Assembly: GCA_963666115.2 (NCBI GenBank)
Contig: CAXXET010000006.1
Coordinates: forward strand, 32,001 to 96,000
DNA from: Dehalococcoidia bacterium
GTDB lineage: Bacteria > Chloroflexota > Dehalococcoidia > UBA6926
Reading direction: 5' to 3'
DNA length: 64,000 nt
Numbering within the stretch: position 1 is the stretch's first letter; the number at the start of each line of letters is the position of its first letter. The notes under the pieces are model-generated. The model searched no databases, was not told the DNA's origin, and was given only the letters and a program-made list of their open reading frames with translations. Both the position numbers and the translations under genes were made by a program. Positions 59,364 to 64,000 of the stretch are shown in pieces.

Positions 59364-60544
59364 CTCGCCACCCCCGTCTCGCAAAGCTTGGTCAAATGGC
59401 GTGCCATGAACTCGGAGAGCTTGGGCGGCACGGCGTTCCCAATCATCCGGGCAATAGCATCCATCCCGCTACCCTCAAAATGATACTCAGGTGGGAAGGA
59501 CTGGAGCAAGGCGCCCTCCATCAACGAGAGTCCTCGTGGCTGCTCGGTGTCATAATGCCCAAAGCGTCCGTTCGAGATGCTGTGGAAGCGGGTTGTTATC
59601 GTAGGCGCGGGCCTGTCAGGGTGCATGCGTGTGTACACGTCCCCAAACCCGCGCTTTCCCTTTGCGTCGAGCCTCCTATGGCAATCCAGCCTGAGTTCTT
59701 CGGGAAACGCATAGTTCGGCTCTCCTGGGCGAACAGCGTTCAATCGACGGACGTTGATGTCCCTGAGATTGCGGCAACGGTGGTCGGGCAAGCCGTCATG
59801 CGCTTGTCCCGCGTCGATAGGCGGGAGACTGCCAATAGTTTCCCGAACGGTCTTTACAGGCACGGATACATCCTCAGGTGGGACGTCGAGCGTGAGACCT
59901 TCGCCATGGGCCTCATGCGCCGTTACTGCGAGTATGATTGATCTCCGGCGATGCTGTGGCACGCCAAACTTCGCCGCATCCACTTCGCCCGTGCCTACGT
60001 GATACCCGAGTTCTGTAAGGTCGGCTTGGAACCTCTCCCACACATGCCGGTACCTGCCGCGGCTGATTCCCGCCACGTTCTCAGATAGGATCATGTCTGG
60101 CCTGAAGTGCTCGATGAACGGGATGGTCTGAGCAAGGAGATTCTGGTCGCGCTCGCGTGACGCCTTCCGCCTGCCGGTGATGTTCGGCTGCACAAACTTC
60201 GTGAACGATTGGCACGGGGCGCAGATTGCGAACATCAAGGGCAATTCGGGATTCTCAAGGCGGTATTTCTCGATGAGCGCGCTAAGCTCGTCGAGAATCT
60301 CTTGCTGTTGCCCGGAAGGGTACTCGTCGGTCCTGGGGAACATATCTTTGGCGATGAATGACGGCTCTTGCTTATCTAGCGTCTTGTTTGGATTGTTGCC
60401 TCGGTACGTCGCCTCGCAGCTAAGGTCCTTGTCGATACCGGCGATGACGTAGCCCCCGGCATCGATCATCCCACGCGTCGTGCCGCCGGCTCCGCAATAG
60501 AAGTCGACTGCCAAGAAGGCGGGCTTGGTCTTGTACGCATCCAT
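59360..60544 (-). CDS. DNA (cytosine-5)-methyltransferase
   Basis: DFYCGAGG, APCQSF (catalytic PC), ENV, GVPQ.R.R, IGNAVPP; TACTAT 7 nt upstream of the ATG. Confidence 0.93.
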   Translation of the reverse strand: MDAYKTKPAFLAVDFYCGAGGTTRGMIDAGGYVIAGIDKDLSCEATYRGNNPNKTLDKQEPSFIAKDMFPRTDEYPSGQQQEILDELSALIEKYRLENPELPLMFAICAPCQSFTKFVQPNITGRRKASRERDQNLLAQTIPFIEHFRPDMILSENVAGISRGRYRHVWERFQADLTELGYHVGTGEVDAAKFGVPQHRRRSIILAVTAHEAHGEGLTLDVPPEDVSVPVKTVRETIGSLPPIDAGQAHDGLPDHRCRNLRDINVRRLNAVRPGEPNYAFPEELRLDCHRRLDAKGKRGFGDVYTRMHPDRPAPTITTRFHSISNGRFGHYDTEQPRGLSLMEGALLQSFPPEYHFEGSGMDAIARMIGNAVPPKLSEFMARHLTKLCETGVAS

Positions 60545-60592
60545 GGGTCAAATAGTACAGTCGTTCAACGCTCGTTGCAAAAGAGGCAGGCC

Positions 60593-62374
60593 TCACCCCC
60601 GCACCCCCACCTCCCCCAAAACCCGCCCCACAAACTCAGACACCCCCACCGCCCCCAAATTCTCGCTATTCTCACGACGCCGCACCGCAACGGCGCCCGC
60701 CTCCGCCTCCCGGTCCCCCACCACCAACATGTACGGCGTCTGCCGACGCTGCGCGTCCCGGATCTTCGCGTTCATCCGCTCGTTGCGGTCATCGATCTCA
60801 CAGCGAATCCCCGCCGCGCGCAGCTGCTCCTGCACCTGCTCCGCATACGGAATATGCCGGTCCGCGATGGGAATGATCATCGCCTGCACCGGAGCCAGCC
60901 ACACCGGGAACGCCCCCGCGTTGTGCTCCAGCAGCACCCCGAAGAACCGCTCCAGCGACCCAAGAATCGCGCGATGGATCATCACCGGCCGCTCGCGGCT
61001 GTTGTCCTCCGTCACGTACTCCAGGTCAAACCGCTCCGGCAGGTTGAAGTCCAACTGGAACGTGCTCAACTGCCACTCACGCCGCAGCGCGTCCTGCGAG
61101 AACAGATCGATCTTCGGCCCGTAGAACGCCCCCTCATTCGGTATCTCCTCATAGTCCGCGCCCGCCAGCCGCAACGCCTCCCGCAGCGCGTCCTCCGCCC
61201 GATCCCACGTCTCATCGTCGCCCACTCGCTTCTCAGGCCGCAGCGACAGGGTGTAACGCGGCTCATTCAGCCCAAACGCCTGGTATATCTCGCGCATCAT
61301 GCGGATCAGCGACGAAAACTCGTCCTGCACCTGGTCCAGGCGACAGAAGATATGCGCGTCGTCCTGCGAGAAGCTCCGCACCCGCGTCAGCCCGTGCGTC
61401 ACCCCCGACCGTTCGTTCCGATGCAGCCGCCCAAAGTCCGCCATACGCAGCGGCAGCGCGCGGTACGAATGCAGTTGCGACTGATACACGACGCAGTGGC
61501 CGGGGCAATTCATCGGCTTCACCCCGTACTCGATCTCATCCGAGTGCGTCAGGTACATATTCTCCAGGTAATTGTCGTAATGCCCGGACTGCTTCCACAG
61601 GTCGGTCAAGAAGATCTGCGGCGTGATGACCTCCTGGTACCCGTACTTGTCATACAGCTCGCGGATGAAATCGACCATCAGGTTGTAGACCGCCGCTCCC
61701 TTTGGCAGGAAGAATGGGCTGGCCGGCGCGATCGGATCGAAGAAGAACAAATCGAGCTCGCGCCCCAGCCGCCTGTGGTCCCGCCGCTCCGCCTCCGCCA
61801 GCCGCTCCAGGTGCGCGTCAAGCTCCTCCTGCGTCGCAAACAGTGCCCCATAGATGCGCTGCAGCTGCGGATTGGTCTCGTTGCCACGCCAATACGCCCC
61901 CGCCACCCGCGTCAGCGTGAACGCCCCCGTCTTGTCCGTCGATTCAGCGTGCGGCCCCTGGCACAGGTCCGTGAACCCGCCGTGCGTATACGTCGAAACC
62001 GTCTCATCCGTCAGGCTCTCGATGATCTCCACCTTGAACGGCTGATCGGCGAACCGCGCCAGTCCCTCCGCGCGCGGCATCTCTCCCGCCACGAACGGCG
62101 CAGCCGACGCCGCGCTCTCCCGCATCCGCGCCTCGATCGCCGGCAGATCATCCGGCGTCAGCGTGCGCGGCAGCAGGAAATCGTAATAGAACCCGTCCTC
62201 GATGGGCGGCCCAATCCCCAGCTTCGCCTCCGGAAACAGCGAAAGCACCGCCTCCGCCATCATGTGCGCGGCGGAGTGCCGCATCCGGATGAGCGTGTCA
62301 TTCTCCCCCGCGTACCGCTCCTCCAGCGCGCCGCCTCCCGCCGCCAGTTCCGCCGAATGTTCCTCGTGTGACAT
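60593..62374 (-). CDS. thrS: Threonyl-tRNA synthetase (short form lacking the N-terminal TGS domain)
   Basis: RHSAAH, DLC.GPH, GAYWRG, RDHR.LG, KPMNCP, AFYGPKID, HRAILGS.ERF. Confidence 0.97.
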   Translation of the reverse strand: MSHEEHSAELAAGGGALEERYAGENDTLIRMRHSAAHMMAEAVLSLFPEAKLGIGPPIEDGFYYDFLLPRTLTPDDLPAIEARMRESAASAAPFVAGEMPRAEGLARFADQPFKVEIIESLTDETVSTYTHGGFTDLCQGPHAESTDKTGAFTLTRVAGAYWRGNETNPQLQRIYGALFATQEELDAHLERLAEAERRDHRRLGRELDLFFFDPIAPASPFFLPKGAAVYNLMVDFIRELYDKYGYQEVITPQIFLTDLWKQSGHYDNYLENMYLTHSDEIEYGVKPMNCPGHCVVYQSQLHSYRALPLRMADFGRLHRNERSGVTHGLTRVRSFSQDDAHIFCRLDQVQDEFSSLIRMMREIYQAFGLNEPRYTLSLRPEKRVGDDETWDRAEDALREALRLAGADYEEIPNEGAFYGPKIDLFSQDALRREWQLSTFQLDFNLPERFDLEYVTEDNSRERPVMIHRAILGSLERFFGVLLEHNAGAFPVWLAPVQAMIIPIADRHIPYAEQVQEQLRAAGIRCEIDDRNERMNAKIRDAQRRQTPYMLVVGDREAEAGAVAVRRRENSENLGAVGVSEFVGRVLGEVGVRG

Positions 62375-62457
62375 GCGTGATCATTTCTCCTTGCGCCAGT
62401 CCTATCTATAATGACGGTTGACGCGCGCCACGCAAAAGAGGCAGAGCAAGTGCCGAT

Positions 62458-63594
62458 ATGATTCCATCCGAAACCCACTCCCGCCACCGCGCCCTCCTCG
62501 CCGAACTCTCCAACGCCTTCGGCCCCACCGGCCACGAGGGCCCCGTCCGCGCCATCGTCCGCCGTGAGCTTGAACCCCTCGCCGACGCCCTCGAAACGGA
62601 CGGCATCGGCTCCCTCATCGCCCGCATCGGCGATGAAGCCGAGGGGGTGCCCCGCGTCATGCTCGCCGCCCACATGGATGAAGTCGGCCTCATGGTCCGA
62701 CACATCACCCCGGAGGGATTCCTGGCCATCCAGACCCTCGGCGGCTGGCTGGATCAGGCGCTCATCAACCAGCGGTGGGTCGTCATGACCCGCAACGGCC
62801 CCGTCCCCGGCCTCACCGGCATCAAGACCGTCCACGTCATGCAGCCCGAAGCCCGCGCCCAGGTCTTCAAAAAGGAGGCCATCTTCATCGACGTCGGCGC
62901 GAAGAACAAGGACGACGCCGAGCAGCGCCTCGCCATCCGCCCCGGTGATCCCGTCGCGCCGGACAGTCGCTTCCAGGAGTTTGTGGGCGGTGAACTCTAC
63001 CTCGGCAAGGCGTGGGACGATAGGGCAGGGGTGGCCGGACTCATCGAGGTCGCCCGCGCCCTCCGTGAATCCGCCGCCCCCCTCCCCGCGACCCTCTACC
63101 TCGTCGCCACCGTCCAGGAAGAAGTCGGCTTGCGCGGCGCCCACACAAGCAGCTTCCACGTCATGCCGGACATCGGCATCAACCTGGAATCCGGCGTCGC
63201 CGGCGACTACCCCGGCATCACCACGGACGAGGCGCAGGAAAAACTCGGCAAAGGCCCCACCGTCTTCCTCCATGACAGCTCCATGCTCCCCAACCTCCGC
63301 CTCCGCGATCTCTTTGTCGAAACCGCCGCCGAGCTCGATATGCCCCTCCAGTTCAACGTCCTCAGCGGCTACGGCGAAGACGGCGCGGAGATGCAAAAGG
63401 CAGGCGCCGGAGCCCCCTCAATCAACATCGCCGTCCCCACCCGCTACCTCCACAGCCACAACAGCGTCATCCACCGCGATGACTTCGCCAACGCCGTCCG
63501 CCTCGTCACCGAAGTCATCCGCCGCCTCACCCCCCAAACCGTCACCAATCTCACAACCTTTTCCGATGAACCCACCCTGACCACCGGAGCATGA
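62458..63594 (+). CDS. M42-family metallo-aminopeptidase
   Basis: AAHMDEVG, KAWDDR, QEEVGLRGA, RYLHS. Confidence 0.93.
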   Translation: MIPSETHSRHRALLAELSNAFGPTGHEGPVRAIVRRELEPLADALETDGIGSLIARIGDEAEGVPRVMLAAHMDEVGLMVRHITPEGFLAIQTLGGWLDQALINQRWVVMTRNGPVPGLTGIKTVHVMQPEARAQVFKKEAIFIDVGAKNKDDAEQRLAIRPGDPVAPDSRFQEFVGGELYLGKAWDDRAGVAGLIEVARALRESAAPLPATLYLVATVQEEVGLRGAHTSSFHVMPDIGINLESGVAGDYPGITTDEAQEKLGKGPTVFLHDSSMLPNLRLRDLFVETAAELDMPLQFNVLSGYGEDGAEMQKAGAGAPSINIAVPTRYLHSHNSVIHRDDFANAVRLVTEVIRRLTPQTVTNLTTFSDEPTLTTGA

Positions 63595-64000
63595 CCATGC
63601 CTCTTATTCCCAAGGTGATGAGCACCCAGCACCCGGACAACGCAGCCGCGCCCGCCTACGCCGTTGATGGAGTCATCAAGGGCGACGGCGAAATCAGCGA
63701 GGCCGTCGACGCCTTCGGACTCGGCTGCGATGAGCAGATGTGGGATTCGGAAGGCAAGGACACTGATACCCACGTCGTCCAGAAGCTTCTTGGCAACTAC
63801 TCCGACTTCTTCCGCGAGGAGCGCCGGTTGGGACGGGACACCGTCATCACCCTGCGCGTCCCCAACCCCGCCATCGAGGTTGAGATGCGGAAGCTGATGG
63901 TTGAGGCGTTGCAGGGCATCCCCACCGCCTTCGATGTGGCCCGTGAGTTCTATGGCGGTGACCCGGAGCCGCCCATACAGGAGATCATTCTCCCCTTCAC
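63591..64000 (+). CDS. ppcA: Archaeal-type phosphoenolpyruvate carboxylase, 3' end outside the window
   Basis: IPKVMSTQHPDN, GCDEQMWDSEGK, ITLRVPNP, PIQEIILPF; ATGA overlap with the peptidase stop. Confidence 0.9.
   Translation, partial: MTMPLIPKVMSTQHPDNAAAPAYAVDGVIKGDGEISEAVDAFGLGCDEQMWDSEGKDTDTHVVQKLLGNYSDFFREERRLGRDTVITLRVPNPAIEVEMRKLMVEALQGIPTAFDVAREFYGGDPEPPIQEIILPF

Noticed and set aside
62375-62457. T-box leader for thrS
   Set aside because: The divergent intergenic region is only 83 nt and lacks the T-box consensus

Overview
High-GC bacterial chromosome segment. The gene content (several CaiB/BaiF CoA-transferases, an archaeal-type PEP carboxylase, a betaine ABC transporter, CGTC-type palindromic repeats) suggests a Chloroflexota/Dehalococcoidia (SAR202-like) organism, but this is an inference. 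The housekeeping backbone is amt-PII, ahcY-metK, prfA-prmC, pdxA, gltA, hup, dcd-ribD-ribE-ribBA-ribH, lepB, tRNA-Lys(UUU), proVWX-like, thrS and infC-rpmI-rplT, and ppcA. It is interrupted by small lower-GC islets with no integrase: a Menshen-like DUF262/ATPase/effector trio, a CBS-HEPN gene, a beta-propeller gene with a RelE/XRE toxin-antitoxin pair, a BglII/BstYI-type restriction-modification pair, a VapBC pair and a Dcm-GHKL ATPase-Vsr trio. The most unusual item is a 906-aa orphan just after tRNA-Lys. It has four N-terminal transmembrane helices and a C-terminal region whose motif order resembles an HK97-fold major capsid protein with a shortened E-loop, making it a candidate capsid-mimic antiphage system. 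Other patterns are four dispersed REP-like families clustering at islet edges, strand-asymmetric codon shifts in core-gene ends next to islets, several leaderless-type promoters, and Asp-less/Asp-containing CoA-transferase pairs. All domain calls come from reading motifs by eye; no searches were run.
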